Positions 1 to 9,976 of a stretch of DNA of 64,000 nt are shown here, piece by piece (position 1 is the stretch's first letter; each line of letters begins with the position of its first letter). Source of the DNA: an uncultured virus (IMG/VR IMGVR_UViG_3300022836_000006). Its lineage: Duplodnaviria > Heunggongvirae > Uroviricota > Caudoviricetes. The translations under genes and the position numbers were made by a program. The DNA lies in IMG/VR virus record IMGVR_UViG_3300022836_000006; one strand, 5' to 3'. A model generated the notes under the pieces. That model did no database searches. It had not been told where the DNA came from and saw only the letters and a program-made list of their open reading frames with translations.

Positions 1-3000
1 CAGGGACGTCCTGACTTGGCAAATCCTGCGGAGGATTCTGAATCTCGTAGCGTAGTCGACGCAGTTGACGAGGCCATGAAACCTGGACGTGAGCGTGAAA
101 CGGTCGAAATGTGGGACAAAGCGGCACAGGAGCGGCTAGACAAGGACCGGGTGGGCTACGTTAGGGAGTTGATCGATCGCGCCAACGATGGCCGTGGGTT
201 CGATGATCCGGTGCAGACTCGTGCGGCTCAGATGATCGTCAACGACTTGGTTCAGGACGCTGTATCGAGTGGCGATGCCCAGAAGATGAAGGACGCGCAG
301 GCGGTGGTGCTCGCGTATCGGGTGACTGGAACCGAACAGGGGCGAGCATTGGCTGCTCGTCGTGATCCCCACAAAACTCCCGAGGAACGGTTTTCGGAGT
401 TCATCGCGTCGTCGCTGTTTCTACCGAAGGCATCGGTTCGCAAAAACCTTTCTGACTCGTGGTCGGCGTCCGCCAAAGCGCGAGAGGTCGATCGTCTGCG
501 CAACAAGATTGCGGATCTGGAGGCTGCGAAGCTCGGGACCGTGGTTGGTGCACCGGGCACTCCTGGGCAGGATAAGACCTTGGCCAATATGCGGCTGAAG
601 TTGGGTGAAGCGATGCAACGTTCCAGCCAGCAGGAGATCGCTAAGAAGGCGGTTGATGGTCGCATGGCTAAGGTTGAGGCGGCGTTCCGTAAGATGGGTA
701 TCACGCTCGATCACATTTTCAATGGTGAGGCGTATTTGAAGCTGCGTGGAAACAAGTTGGTTGATTCGGCGATGAACAAGGCCGGCTACGATGCGAAAAA
801 GAAACGGGTTGTCGGCCTGATTCGACGGGGTTGGTCGGATTCCGATGTCGCCCGTCGCACGGATCAGAATGTATCTGCGGTGGTCAAGGTTCGCTCTGAG
901 ATTATTGCGGCTACTCGTGCAAGATTGGAAACGCTCGGCGACGCTGCTTTGGATCCGGACAAGCTCGATGCTGCGACGCTGGGTTCTGCTCGGGCTGACC
1001 TGAAATCTGGCACGTCTGGGGGGCTATCGGCAGCGGAGCGCCAGAAGAGAATCGATTTGATGCTCTCACGGATGGGGCTGATCGAGAACAAGGAGGCAGT
1101 GATTCGGACCGAAAAGGCGCAGGCAAAGCGTCGGCGCAGAAGCAATGCAAAGCCTAAACGCAAAGCGACACCGTTTCCGGCCAACGCAAAGCCGGGGAGC
1201 GTCGAGTTTCCTGCTGGTGCTGATGGGCAACGTCCCGACGACTTTGGAAACACGCAGCTCGGGCTCGGTGAGGATGCTGATATGGCTCCACCGGTGTTCG
1301 ATATTTCGGATCCGGCACAGGTGGCCCAGGTCGCGAGAACGATTCAGATAGCTGACAGCGGCGCGTTCGATATGCTGTTTGAGTTTTGGATCAATTCGAT
1401 TTTGTCCGGTCCTTTGACGCAGGGTGCAAATGTCGTCGGTAACTCGTTTAACACGGTTTGGGACATGGGGGTGAAGCGCATGGGCGAGGCGATTCTTAAC
1501 GCGGCAGTCAAGGATCCAACGGCGCCACAGCTCGGCGAGTTTAAGTGGATGCTCAAGGGGATGAATAAGTCGTTAGCCGGGGCATGGGCTGCTGCGGTGA
1601 ATACGTGGGCAACCGAGCAGAATATTTACACCAGTTCGATTCTGAATAGTCAGCTTGAGATTAACCCTGTTTTCGATAAGGCAGGCGGGATCAAGGCGGC
1701 GATTCCGGGCAAGACTGGTCGGGTTGTGCGTCTTCCTGGCCGGCTGTTGATGGCGACGGATGCGTTCTTTAAGGCGGCGATCGCTCGGACGCACGTGGCT
1801 GCGGAAGCATACCGCTTGGGTAAGTCATCAAAAAAGAAGGGGGCGGCATTGGTTTCGTTTATTGAGGCGGAGATTGATACGCCGGGGTCGGAGTCTTGGC
1901 GTAAGGCGCTGCTGCTTGCGAACGAGTTGACCTTTCAGGATGATCATGATGGGACGCGGATGGGTAAATGGATGACCTACCTGTCGAAGGCGCGGGAGTT
2001 GGAGGTTCCGGGTGGGATCAAGCCTTTGCGGTTTGTGATGCCGTTTATTCGGACGCCGTGGAACATCTTCCAGCAGGGTATCCGTCAGTCGCCGGTTGGC
2101 GCGGTGGCTTTCGCTGCTAGGATAGGCAGTGCTGGGCTTTACCGCATCAAGGATGGGCGACCAGTGGCGGTCAGCTACCCGACTCCTCTGCTGATCAAGC
2201 ACACGGTAGAGCAGGTGCTTGCTTGGTCGATGGCCGGTTTACTTTATGGGGCTGCAGCCGGAGACGACGACGATGAGGACAAGCAGTTTTTGATCACTGG
2301 GTCTTTGCCGAGCGATCGGATTTCCCAGCGCAATCTCGACCGACGAGTGGGTCTGGCACCTTACGCCATTCGATTTGGTGGCGCACAGGTCAGTTATTCG
2401 CGGATTGAGCCTTTAGCGACGATGCTGGGGCTTGGGGTGGATATGCTCTCTCGTTTGAAGTCAGGTGAGTCTGGGTTTGAGTCGTTTGGGGCGTTCATGT
2501 CTGCTTTGGGTGACTCGGTGGATTCCAAGACTTTTCTGCGGGGTTGGTCGGACCTTGCAGGCGCCATGTCAGGAGAGTCTCGGTTTACGAGCTTTGTTGC
2601 GTCCCAGTTATCGACGCTGATACCAAACCTTTTTCGTCAACCAGTTCGACAGCTTGATGGTGTCTATCGCGAGCGGGAGCATGGACTATTTGCCGAGGTG
2701 GTCCAGAATGTCTATGGGCCGGCCGGGTCTCCAAAAATCGACCCGTATGGCGAGGAGGTTGAACGTCGAGGAGGGTCGTTATGGCGCATGCTGGTGCCGA
2801 TCGAGGTGGGCAAAATCCCCGAGTTGAATCGAGTGGATCAGCTTTTGCTGAATTATCGGCAAACGGCGGACGATCCGCAGTCGTGGGCACCATCCAACCT
2901 GCAGAAATCTATCACGGTGAATGGGGAGCGTCGCACTTTGTCCGGCAAGGTGCTGGAGGAATATAGCCGACGCTCAGGGAAGATGGCGGCTCGTTTGCTG

Positions 3001-3141
3001 CAATCTGTCTCGCTTAATGTCAGCCGTCCTACCTCCCAGGATGTGGAGAAAATTCGTAGGGCATTTACCTTAGCTCGAGCCAATGTGCGCCGGGATATGT
3101 TTTTTGGAACTAGCGCGGATCGCTTTGCTGATCAAAATTGA
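1..3141 (+). CDS. Large virion/DNA-ejection-type protein, 5' truncated by window edge
   Basis: Frame is open from base 1. Helical >1000-aa protein whose C-terminal part (MPFIRTPWNIF, SYSRIEPLATML, KTFLRG) resembles C-termini of large phage internal virion proteins. Directly upstream of the portal. Confidence 0.6.
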   Translation, partial: QGRPDLANPAEDSESRSVVDAVDEAMKPGRERETVEMWDKAAQERLDKDRVGYVRELIDRANDGRGFDDPVQTRAAQMIVNDLVQDAVSSGDAQKMKDAQAVVLAYRVTGTEQGRALAARRDPHKTPEERFSEFIASSLFLPKASVRKNLSDSWSASAKAREVDRLRNKIADLEAAKLGTVVGAPGTPGQDKTLANMRLKLGEAMQRSSQQEIAKKAVDGRMAKVEAAFRKMGITLDHIFNGEAYLKLRGNKLVDSAMNKAGYDAKKKRVVGLIRRGWSDSDVARRTDQNVSAVVKVRSEIIAATRARLETLGDAALDPDKLDAATLGSARADLKSGTSGGLSAAERQKRIDLMLSRMGLIENKEAVIRTEKAQAKRRRRSNAKPKRKATPFPANAKPGSVEFPAGADGQRPDDFGNTQLGLGEDADMAPPVFDISDPAQVAQVARTIQIADSGAFDMLFEFWINSILSGPLTQGANVVGNSFNTVWDMGVKRMGEAILNAAVKDPTAPQLGEFKWMLKGMNKSLAGAWAAAVNTWATEQNIYTSSILNSQLEINPVFDKAGGIKAAIPGKTGRVVRLPGRLLMATDAFFKAAIARTHVAAEAYRLGKSSKKKGAALVSFIEAEIDTPGSESWRKALLLANELTFQDDHDGTRMGKWMTYLSKARELEVPGGIKPLRFVMPFIRTPWNIFQQGIRQSPVGAVAFAARIGSAGLYRIKDGRPVAVSYPTPLLIKHTVEQVLAWSMAGLLYGAAAGDDDDEDKQFLITGSLPSDRISQRNLDRRVGLAPYAIRFGGAQVSYSRIEPLATMLGLGVDMLSRLKSGESGFESFGAFMSALGDSVDSKTFLRGWSDLAGAMSGESRFTSFVASQLSTLIPNLFRQPVRQLDGVYREREHGLFAEVVQNVYGPAGSPKIDPYGEEVERRGGSLWRMLVPIEVGKIPELNRVDQLLLNYRQTADDPQSWAPSNLQKSITVNGERRTLSGKVLEEYSRRSGKMAARLLQSVSLNVSRPTSQDVEKIRRAFTLARANVRRDMFFGTSADRFADQN

Positions 3142-3175
3142 TTGAAAATCAACGTTTAACGGGAGAGAACAAATC

Positions 3176-5383
3176 ATGGCAGAACACGGACAACTCGAAG
3201 TTTTACAGGATCGCATCAGCGGGGTGGAGGCTCCCCCGCATGTTGATAGCACAACTGGACAACTTACGCCACGCGTTGCTTTCCCGTCCGTGCTTCAGCT
3301 CACCTATGATCAGGAGCTTGCGCTGGTGGATCATGCGATGACCCGGCTCGACGATATGGAAAAGGCGATGGGCCGCACGGACGTCATTGAGGACGAGTGG
3401 TGGAAGGGGGAGGGCGTTTCCTCCAATTCAATAGAAGGCGCGGCCGAGAGCTGGATGGGTCGACGTTCACGTTTTGAGGCACTGTTTGAGAACCGGGTGG
3501 ACTGGCGACCGTATTCATTGCCGTCGCCGAATATCTTTGAGGAGTCGAACTTGGTTGTTCCGATCTCGCGCCGGATCTGCCGTCAGATGATTGCTCGAGC
3601 TCAGAACTATTTCTTTGCCACCGATCCTTGGTTTAATGCTACGCCGGAGGGGATGGAGGATGGGGAGTTGGCGGATCAGATCGATCGTTATGCCAAGTGG
3701 AAACTGAACCTGATAGGTTCAAAACGGGGCAAGGAGCGGATCGTCAAGCGTGCCATGCTACTCGGTGAGTGCGTGGTCAAAACCACTTATCAGACGCGTG
3801 ATCAAATCTATGAGACGATGGTCAAGGCTCTAGTGGGCGCGGAGGGTGAGGCTATCCTGGATGCTAACGGGGAGATGATCTTGGAGCGTGCGGACTGGAT
3901 CGACACGGAAACTCCGGGGCTCCGGGTGTTGGGTAGTGATGGGGTGACGCAAGAACCGGAGGCGCCGGTTTACACCGATCAGAAAATAACTAAGCGGCAT
4001 GTGATATTTGAGGGTCCAGAATCGCTCCCAATCTACTACAAGGATTTCTTGGCTCCCCTCGATGCTTTTGATCTCCAGCAGGCGGACTGCATCGCGCATT
4101 TGTATGACCGCAGAGTCATGGATCTGGTCGATACTTACGCAAAGCATGGGGTATTCCGCGGCACGGATACCCAACGTTTCGAGCAGATGAAGCGCACGGT
4201 AGACGCCATGCGGACGATGCTCGATAACAACTCAGAGCCGAAGAGTGGGTCTGCTCGTAATCGGGACGAGGAGGAGGAGGAGGACGATGCTGAATATTCC
4301 GGCGGCGGTCAGCCTATCGTGGAGATGGCCGAGGTGATGCTTTGGTATGATGCCAATGGGGACGGCATACTTGAGAACATCGTTCTGCTGCTTGATCGCA
4401 AGAACCGGCTCCCTGTGCATTATAATTACGTGGCGAATATGTCACCAGATGGCTTGCGGCCGGTGGCGGTGGTGCGAGTTAACGAGGTGGACGACCGTTG
4501 GTATGGGCAGGGCGTCATGGAGATGTTTGACTCTACCCAGACGATCGTGGATCTGCTGGTGAACCGGTGGAACCTGAGCCAATCGAAGGCAGGGCGAGTT
4601 GATTTCTGGGATCCTTCGAAGGTGCTAGAGGGGCGCGACGATCCGAACCTTTGCCTGAATTGGGGGCAGTCCTACACGACAGTGCCGGGAGTTGATGTGA
4701 CCAAAGTGTTACAGTCTGTTTACCTGAACGACGTAAAATTTGAGGCGCTCAAGGATATGCTCGAGTTTTTCATGCAGATGGGGATGAACGAGTCGGGCGT
4801 GACGAATGCGAATGATGGGGCAGCTCTGGGCATGGATACCGCGAAGTTGGCTACCGGGATCCGCAATATTGAGAAGGCCGGCGAGGAGTTGTTTGCGCCG
4901 TTCCTTTCGGACCTGGAGCCGGGTCTTACCGATGTGCTCAAGAGTGAGATTCTAGTGCTTCTGGCTAACCTGAACAAGCCAGAGGTATTCAGCTACTTTG
5001 AGGGGCGAGAGCAGATTACTGCGACGATCGACCCGGCTGACGTGAGCGATGTGAATATGAATGTGACCATGTTCATGACGCGCTACAAGGGAGAGCAGAA
5101 ATTTCAGCAGATGTCGCAGGTTGCTGAAATCATTGAACGGTTTTACATGCTGGATCCGTTGGTCCAGGTGCACGTGGCCGAATACTACCGCGGTATGATC
5201 AAGGCGCTCGACCAGAAGATCAATGTGGACGAGCTGATTGTGCCTTTGCCACCGTTGCCGCCCGAGCAGGCGATCAACAGTGGGAAGGGGCCGCAGCCTA
5301 AGAGGGAGATGGTGACTCGTCCGAAGCCTTCGGCGGCTCCGTCTCAGTTGGACTCATCTTATCAGCCTTCGGCAGGTGGTTAG
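3176..5383 (+). CDS. Portal protein (module A)
   Basis: 735 aa with portal-like segments (LLGECVVKTTY, RWYGQGVMEMFDSTQ, TATGI-like KLATGI). Lies upstream of scaffold and capsid. Confidence 0.75.
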   Translation: MAEHGQLEVLQDRISGVEAPPHVDSTTGQLTPRVAFPSVLQLTYDQELALVDHAMTRLDDMEKAMGRTDVIEDEWWKGEGVSSNSIEGAAESWMGRRSRFEALFENRVDWRPYSLPSPNIFEESNLVVPISRRICRQMIARAQNYFFATDPWFNATPEGMEDGELADQIDRYAKWKLNLIGSKRGKERIVKRAMLLGECVVKTTYQTRDQIYETMVKALVGAEGEAILDANGEMILERADWIDTETPGLRVLGSDGVTQEPEAPVYTDQKITKRHVIFEGPESLPIYYKDFLAPLDAFDLQQADCIAHLYDRRVMDLVDTYAKHGVFRGTDTQRFEQMKRTVDAMRTMLDNNSEPKSGSARNRDEEEEEDDAEYSGGGQPIVEMAEVMLWYDANGDGILENIVLLLDRKNRLPVHYNYVANMSPDGLRPVAVVRVNEVDDRWYGQGVMEMFDSTQTIVDLLVNRWNLSQSKAGRVDFWDPSKVLEGRDDPNLCLNWGQSYTTVPGVDVTKVLQSVYLNDVKFEALKDMLEFFMQMGMNESGVTNANDGAALGMDTAKLATGIRNIEKAGEELFAPFLSDLEPGLTDVLKSEILVLLANLNKPEVFSYFEGREQITATIDPADVSDVNMNVTMFMTRYKGEQKFQQMSQVAEIIERFYMLDPLVQVHVAEYYRGMIKALDQKINVDELIVPLPPLPPEQAINSGKGPQPKREMVTRPKPSAAPSQLDSSYQPSAGG

Positions 5384-5732
5384 CTGATTCCATGCTTAGA
5401 ACGAGGTCTCGGCGGGCTCTTTCGAGCATAGATTTGGCGCGCTTGATGTCCTCGGGTTTGCCGTAGTTGAGGGCATCGATGGCGCCGTCGACGTAGGCCA
5501 TTGTGGAGGCAGTGCTGTCGCACAGCGTAAATGCCGCTTTGCTGATGTGCTCGGCTTCGTCGGTGAGTTGGGCGAGGGACTTGCGCTCGGGTTTGATTTT
5601 GAGCGATGCGATCACTCGGGCGTAGCATTGCTTGAGGGCGGTGTAGGCATGGCCTGGCACCATTGAGTCTCCTGGCGCTGGGTTGATGTTAACCGGCTGC
5701 GTTTTTTGGTCTTTTATGCTGCGATCTTTCAT
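5298..5732 (-). CDS. Hypothetical protein downstream of tRNA cluster
   Basis: ATG at 5732 (MKDRSIKD...) in the 5298..6020 frame, excluding the tRNA part. 3' end overlaps the portal end. Confidence 0.45.
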   Translation of the reverse strand: MKDRSIKDQKTQPVNINPAPGDSMVPGHAYTALKQCYARVIASLKIKPERKSLAQLTDEAEHISKAAFTLCDSTASTMAYVDGAIDALNYGKPEDIKRAKSMLERARRDLVLSMESANHLPKADKMSPTETEPPKASDESPSPS

Positions 5733-5763
5733 AATCTGTGGGGTTCTGGATTGTAGTGGAGAC

Positions 5764-5854
5764 TGGCGGAAGGAGGAGGAGTCGAACCCCACCCGATTAA
5801 ACGAGACCTGGGTTTCAAAGCCAGTCGCGGGCCTACCCCACTGCTTCACCTTCC
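5764..5854 (-). tRNA. tRNA-Ser(TGA), long variable arm, non-canonical fold
   Basis: GGAAGGTG...CTGGC TT-TGA-AA CCCAG...GGTTCGACTCC...CCTTCC-G-CCA; 91 nt; encoded CCA; G discriminator. Confidence 0.8.
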
Positions 5855-5859
5855 TAAAC

Positions 5860-5935
5860 TGGAGCACCCGGCAGGAATCGAACCCGCAACCTACGATATA
5901 CAAAAACGTCGCTCTACCATTTGAGCTACGAGTGC
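5860..5935 (-). tRNA. tRNA-Thr(TGT)
   Basis: GCACTCG TAGCTCAAATGGTAGAGC ... TT-TGT-AT ... GGTTCGATTCC ... CGGGTGC-T-CCA; 76 nt cloverleaf. Confidence 0.85.
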
Positions 5936-5941
5936 ATAAAT

Positions 5942-6016
5942 TGGAAGCAGGGGACGGAATCGAACCGACGACTTCTGGTTTATGAGGCCAGTGATCTACC
6001 ACTGATCTACCCTGCA
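5942..6016 (-). tRNA. tRNA-Met(CAT), initiator-like
   Basis: TGCAGGG TAGATCAGTGGTAGATC ... CT-CAT-AA ... GTCGGTTCGATTCCGTC CCCTGCT-T-CCA; unpaired 1:72 position as in initiator tRNAs. Confidence 0.85.
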
Positions 6017-6063
6017 TCAAATAAGTTGACCTAAAATCGGGGTGTCCTAAGAGTCAACAAATA

Positions 6064-6327
6064 ATGGACGTTGATGAACTGAACGATCGGAAAGACAGAC
6101 GGTTGCGGGAAATCACGAAGCTGACGGAGTGCGATGCGTTTACGGGTTACTTCTCGGATCGGTTGCGCGAGCGGCAGAAGGAACTGGAGACGGCGGTGCT
6201 GGAGGACGATTCCCTGACTCCTGAGCAACGCGAAATTACGCGGCGCATGGCGACCGAATACCGGACCTACACGCGCAAGATTGTAAGCACTGACCGGGCA
6301 TTGGCGTTGCGGCCGGCTATGGGTTAG
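6064..6327 (+). CDS. Hypothetical protein
   Basis: 87-aa ORF filling the gap between the tRNAs and the convergent glycosyltransferase. Confidence 0.55.
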   Translation: MDVDELNDRKDRRLREITKLTECDAFTGYFSDRLRERQKELETAVLEDDSLTPEQREITRRMATEYRTYTRKIVSTDRALALRPAMG

Positions 6328-7349
6328 TTTTCAGGGATCCACGGGATGTGTCGCGTCCTCAAATGCCCGATGCATTCTCCTTCTAGTTCATGGTAGGCAT
6401 GGTTGAGCACGTATTCCTTTTCGCTGCCTCCCTTTTTCTTTTCCCATATGACGTGGTCGCACGGGCAATGGGTGATTACGTTTATCCGGCAGTTGGCGGG
6501 AAACCAGCGATTCCATACGATATACAGGTCTTCTGTTCCGGCGCCGGTGTATCCTTCAAAGTGGGCGAGGTCTAGCGCCTTGGTGTTCATTAGCGTGCAA
6601 CCAAACCCACACCAGTCGGAGGGAACTACGGCACCGAGTCCTATGCCGGGGTAGGCGTTTTCAAGCCAGCCACGTCGACGGTATCGCTCTCCGTTAAGTG
6701 TCCAGACGTTTCCCTTGGTCGGGTAGTTTTTGATTCGCTTTTCGATCCGCATCATTCGTTTGGATTCTTTCTGGGCTTCTTCGTATGTTTTGAATTGATT
6801 CGCGATCCTGCGTCGAGCCTCTGCAATGGCACGTTCCGCATACCAGGGGAGTTTTCGTTCATCGACGTCGAAGTCTTCCGCGATTTGATTTTGCGGAGTG
6901 CCCCGACCACCGAGATACATGCCGTTGTTGTAGGGGCAGGTGCTCACGGAGTAGTGACCATCGTCAAACTCCAGCATTTGCAACGAGCACTTGAGTGCAT
7001 TGGGTGGGGGTAACACGTCGGAGTCTAGGGACCAGCAGTGGGTTGCTCCCAGCTTCCGTGCCGCGGTAAATGCTTCTGTGCGCAGACGAGCTATTAGCAT
7101 TTGCGCGTTGGTCTTGTAGTTTTCGTGGTCGTCGGTAAGTCCAGGGATCGCGATTAAGTGTATGCGCCATCCCTCGGGCATTATGCTTCGATATGCCTCG
7201 GCTACGGCGGCGAGTTCGGGCGACTCGTCGCCGACTAGGACAACGTGCCCCCCCTCAAGATGCCTTACGTTAGCTGCAACTCGGCGTAGCTGGGGGATCA
7301 TAGCATAGGTGTATGCGCTCGTCGCGCAGATCGTGATGGCAAGATTCAT
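6324..7349 (-). CDS. GT-A fold (family 2-like) glycosyltransferase
   Basis: DxD motif (WSLDSDV), GFGCTLM and GTEDL motifs, C-terminal CDH. Confidence 0.75.
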   Translation of the reverse strand: MNLAITICATSAYTYAMIPQLRRVAANVRHLEGGHVVLVGDESPELAAVAEAYRSIMPEGWRIHLIAIPGLTDDHENYKTNAQMLIARLRTEAFTAARKLGATHCWSLDSDVLPPPNALKCSLQMLEFDDGHYSVSTCPYNNGMYLGGRGTPQNQIAEDFDVDERKLPWYAERAIAEARRRIANQFKTYEEAQKESKRMMRIEKRIKNYPTKGNVWTLNGERYRRRGWLENAYPGIGLGAVVPSDWCGFGCTLMNTKALDLAHFEGYTGAGTEDLYIVWNRWFPANCRINVITHCPCDHVIWEKKKGGSEKEYVLNHAYHELEGECIGHLRTRHIPWIPEN

Positions 7350-9407
7350 TTATAGTGCGTTATTTAGAGTCGTATGAAGGTAGATCAGTCGTGAGTCTGG
7401 GTAATAATGACCGTAATCTGATGAAAATGATTGCGGACCAACATCGACAAATCCGCCGCATGCTTCGTGAGCACTCCTAGTGCTACCTGTGAAAGCAATT
7501 AGCTGTGGTTTGAGGAGGGAGGTAGTGCTCTCAGTGGTGGATCCCGTTTGGCTTGTTATACGGTAGAGTCTTTCGGAACGGTTTGCTGCGATTACGTGAT
7601 AATTGGAGTCTGCGTATTGTCCGCCCAGTCCTGCGGTAAAATCCAATTCATCGATGTCTTTGAACGGGCGCGCCAGTTGGTTTGCCGTGGCGGTAATAGC
7701 AATATTACTTAACGCTGGCGGGACCGGGACTGCGGCGGCGGCATCCTCACCAGTAAACGCTGTCAATGGGGGGGTGGTTTGGGTCGTGTTCGTAGTAGCC
7801 GTTGAAATTGAAATATAAAGAGGGTCGGTCGCTTCAATAGCGGAGGGAGGTTTCCAGCCGTTTGCTTGGGAGATCACGGAAGCACCATCGAGTCCTTTAT
7901 GAAAAGTGGTCCGTGGCCATATCGGCATATTTATCCCATTAAGGGTTAATCTGGCGGTGAGGCGTTCACCAAATATATCGGTTCGACTCGCACCAAATGA
8001 AAGAGAACCTGTGGCTGGAAAGCCGTTGGGCGAAACAAGTATCTCGATTACTGCTGTGGTTATTCCGGTCACGCTCCCGACGGACATGACATTTTCAAAA
8101 GTTCCGATCTCTCTGGTGGTGAATGTAGAGATTACGTTGTCTTCGTCGTCGTATTCCTCTTGGATGTATGAGTATGAAGTCGCACGTCCATGACAAGTAA
8201 CCTTGGAGATTCCCATATTGGAATCGTGAGTGAAATAGGTAAAGGTTTGAGGCCAGCCGAACGTGGCAAAGGTTGTTCTTGTGGTAATCTGCGGCCAAAC
8301 TTCTACGGGAATTATATATGGGATCCATAAAGCTCGCGACCACTTTATGGTTTTATCCATGGTGGCTTCAGCAGTTCCTGTCGATCTCTGCGTATCCGTG
8401 GTAGTAATCCAGCTTTCCGCCGTGGTCGTTATAGTATGCGACGGATTTGTCGATAAGCCTTTCGTGATGGTCGCTTCGCGAAGCGATAGCGCTAATGAGA
8501 CCGTCACTGTTTCGTAATTAACCGATATATAGGTCGCTGTCCCTGCGTCTGCGTCTGACGTGTAAGGATAGGTCGCCAGCACATAAGCGTTTGATGACGT
8601 ATTTGGGCTCCCTGTTGCGCGGGTCGCCGTTGTCGTTTCCGTGATCGCTGATAGCAATACCGTGCCGGTTGCAGTCGGGCGAGCGAGGATCAAAACTTCG
8701 CGGAACGGATCGACGATACTGGCATAAACAATCCCTAAATTGGGATTTATGGTTACCGTAGTGACCGCAGTCCCAAGGGTAGACGCGCTGGTGCTCTGTG
8801 TGGAAGTTGAGGATCTGGTAGTGGACGCGGAGGAGGTGACGGGAAATAATACACCTCCTGAATTTGACAAAGTTGTAATAGGAACGGTTGCGCTGCTATT
8901 TAGATACGTCACGACCACGGAAGTCTTAATAGTTGTGGCTTTTGATGATCGCATCGACGCGGTCAATACGTGTGAAGCGGTGGTTATCCCTGAATTTTCA
9001 CCACTGTTCGAGGCTGTGGATGTTACACTCGTTTCCGCCGAGTAAGACGTTGAAGTAGGCCATCCTGTGGTCGTTTCACTTAACGTCGTATATGTCGTCT
9101 CAGACGATTGGCTTAATGAAAAGCTTCTAGACGAGTAGGAAGTTCGACCGTTAGCATCTTGAGTTCGATAACGCTTTATCCGAGTAGACCATGACTGGTA
9201 GGTCATACGTCTAGGGCTATATCCGAATTCGTGAGTATCGGATTTGCTTATCGTTTCGGAAAAAGAAGAATTTACGTTGTAATCTTGATTATTAGTATAT
9301 CCTTCTTTATATACGGTCGCCGAAACGCTCCCTACGCCTGATATATAAGCGCATGTTAACGACATAGCTGGTGAGGCATACGTGGTGCGCTCTTGCCACG
9401 TTATCAT
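7350..9407 (-). CDS. Extremely Thr/Ser-rich protein, probably virion/tail-associated
   Basis: 685 aa with dense T/S tracts; translationally coupled to both neighbours; more AT-rich DNA than flanks. Confidence 0.6.
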   Translation of the reverse strand: MITWQERTTYASPAMSLTCAYISGVGSVSATVYKEGYTNNQDYNVNSSFSETISKSDTHEFGYSPRRMTYQSWSTRIKRYRTQDANGRTSYSSRSFSLSQSSETTYTTLSETTTGWPTSTSYSAETSVTSTASNSGENSGITTASHVLTASMRSSKATTIKTSVVVTYLNSSATVPITTLSNSGGVLFPVTSSASTTRSSTSTQSTSASTLGTAVTTVTINPNLGIVYASIVDPFREVLILARPTATGTVLLSAITETTTATRATGSPNTSSNAYVLATYPYTSDADAGTATYISVNYETVTVSLALSLREATITKGLSTNPSHTITTTAESWITTTDTQRSTGTAEATMDKTIKWSRALWIPYIIPVEVWPQITTRTTFATFGWPQTFTYFTHDSNMGISKVTCHGRATSYSYIQEEYDDEDNVISTFTTREIGTFENVMSVGSVTGITTAVIEILVSPNGFPATGSLSFGASRTDIFGERLTARLTLNGINMPIWPRTTFHKGLDGASVISQANGWKPPSAIEATDPLYISISTATTNTTQTTPPLTAFTGEDAAAAVPVPPALSNIAITATANQLARPFKDIDELDFTAGLGGQYADSNYHVIAANRSERLYRITSQTGSTTESTTSLLKPQLIAFTGSTRSAHEACGGFVDVGPQSFSSDYGHYYPDSRLIYLHTTLNNAL

Positions 9408-9973
9408 GCTAGTTCGGGGCCAATCACCCAGGTATAATAAATATCATAAGGGGAGTGCCCAAATACGGGAGTTGCTTGGTCAGACCGGTATGCCTCTACC
9501 GGAGTCGCGGTGATGGAATGGGCGCCAATAGTTTTATAACCCACTAGATTCACGATAATTCCAAGCAGCACCTTGAAAGACGTTGGTGGGCCTCCCTGTA
9601 AGATGCCAGGCGAACCGGGCGCGCTGGAATCAATGGTGATGTTTGCTGACGTGATCCGCCCACTTGATGTATTGACATTCAAAACAACGTATTCGGTTCC
9701 AGACGCCGCGAGGGCGAGAGTCGCAAATATGTTAGAGGGAATCACTTGATTTATGGTGCCGGGGTGAAATTTCAGTTCTTCGTCGTCGCTGTTTAGATAA
9801 AAATCAAATGGGGAAACCGCGGTATATCCGCCGCCGCCGCCGCCGCCGCCGCCAATCGTGGATTCAGGGGGGCGTTCAGGGTAGATTTCATACGTGCGCG
9901 GGGTTTCCGTCGGGGTGAAGTCGCCAGCCCCGTCCTTACTGAACTCATAGAATGGATCTCTTGGATCGTTCAT
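9404..9973 (-). CDS. Hypothetical virion protein with poly-Gly linker
   Basis: 189 aa; GGC run near 9828-9853; coupled to flanking ORFs. Confidence 0.6.
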   Translation of the reverse strand: MNDPRDPFYEFSKDGAGDFTPTETPRTYEIYPERPPESTIGGGGGGGGGYTAVSPFDFYLNSDDEELKFHPGTINQVIPSNIFATLALAASGTEYVVLNVNTSSGRITSANITIDSSAPGSPGILQGGPPTSFKVLLGIIVNLVGYKTIGAHSITATPVEAYRSDQATPVFGHSPYDIYYTWVIGPELA

Positions 9974-9976
9974 TGA

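Noticed and set aside
5764..5854. Selenocysteine or opal-suppressor tRNA
   Set aside because: On the coding strand the anticodon reads TGA (Ser), not TCA.
5733..6020. N-terminal part of ORF 5298..6020 and ORF 5683..5985
   Set aside because: They are read-throughs of the tRNA genes.
9828..9853. GGC microsatellite as a phase-variation switch
   Set aside because: In-frame triplet encoding a poly-Gly linker; length change would not shift frame.
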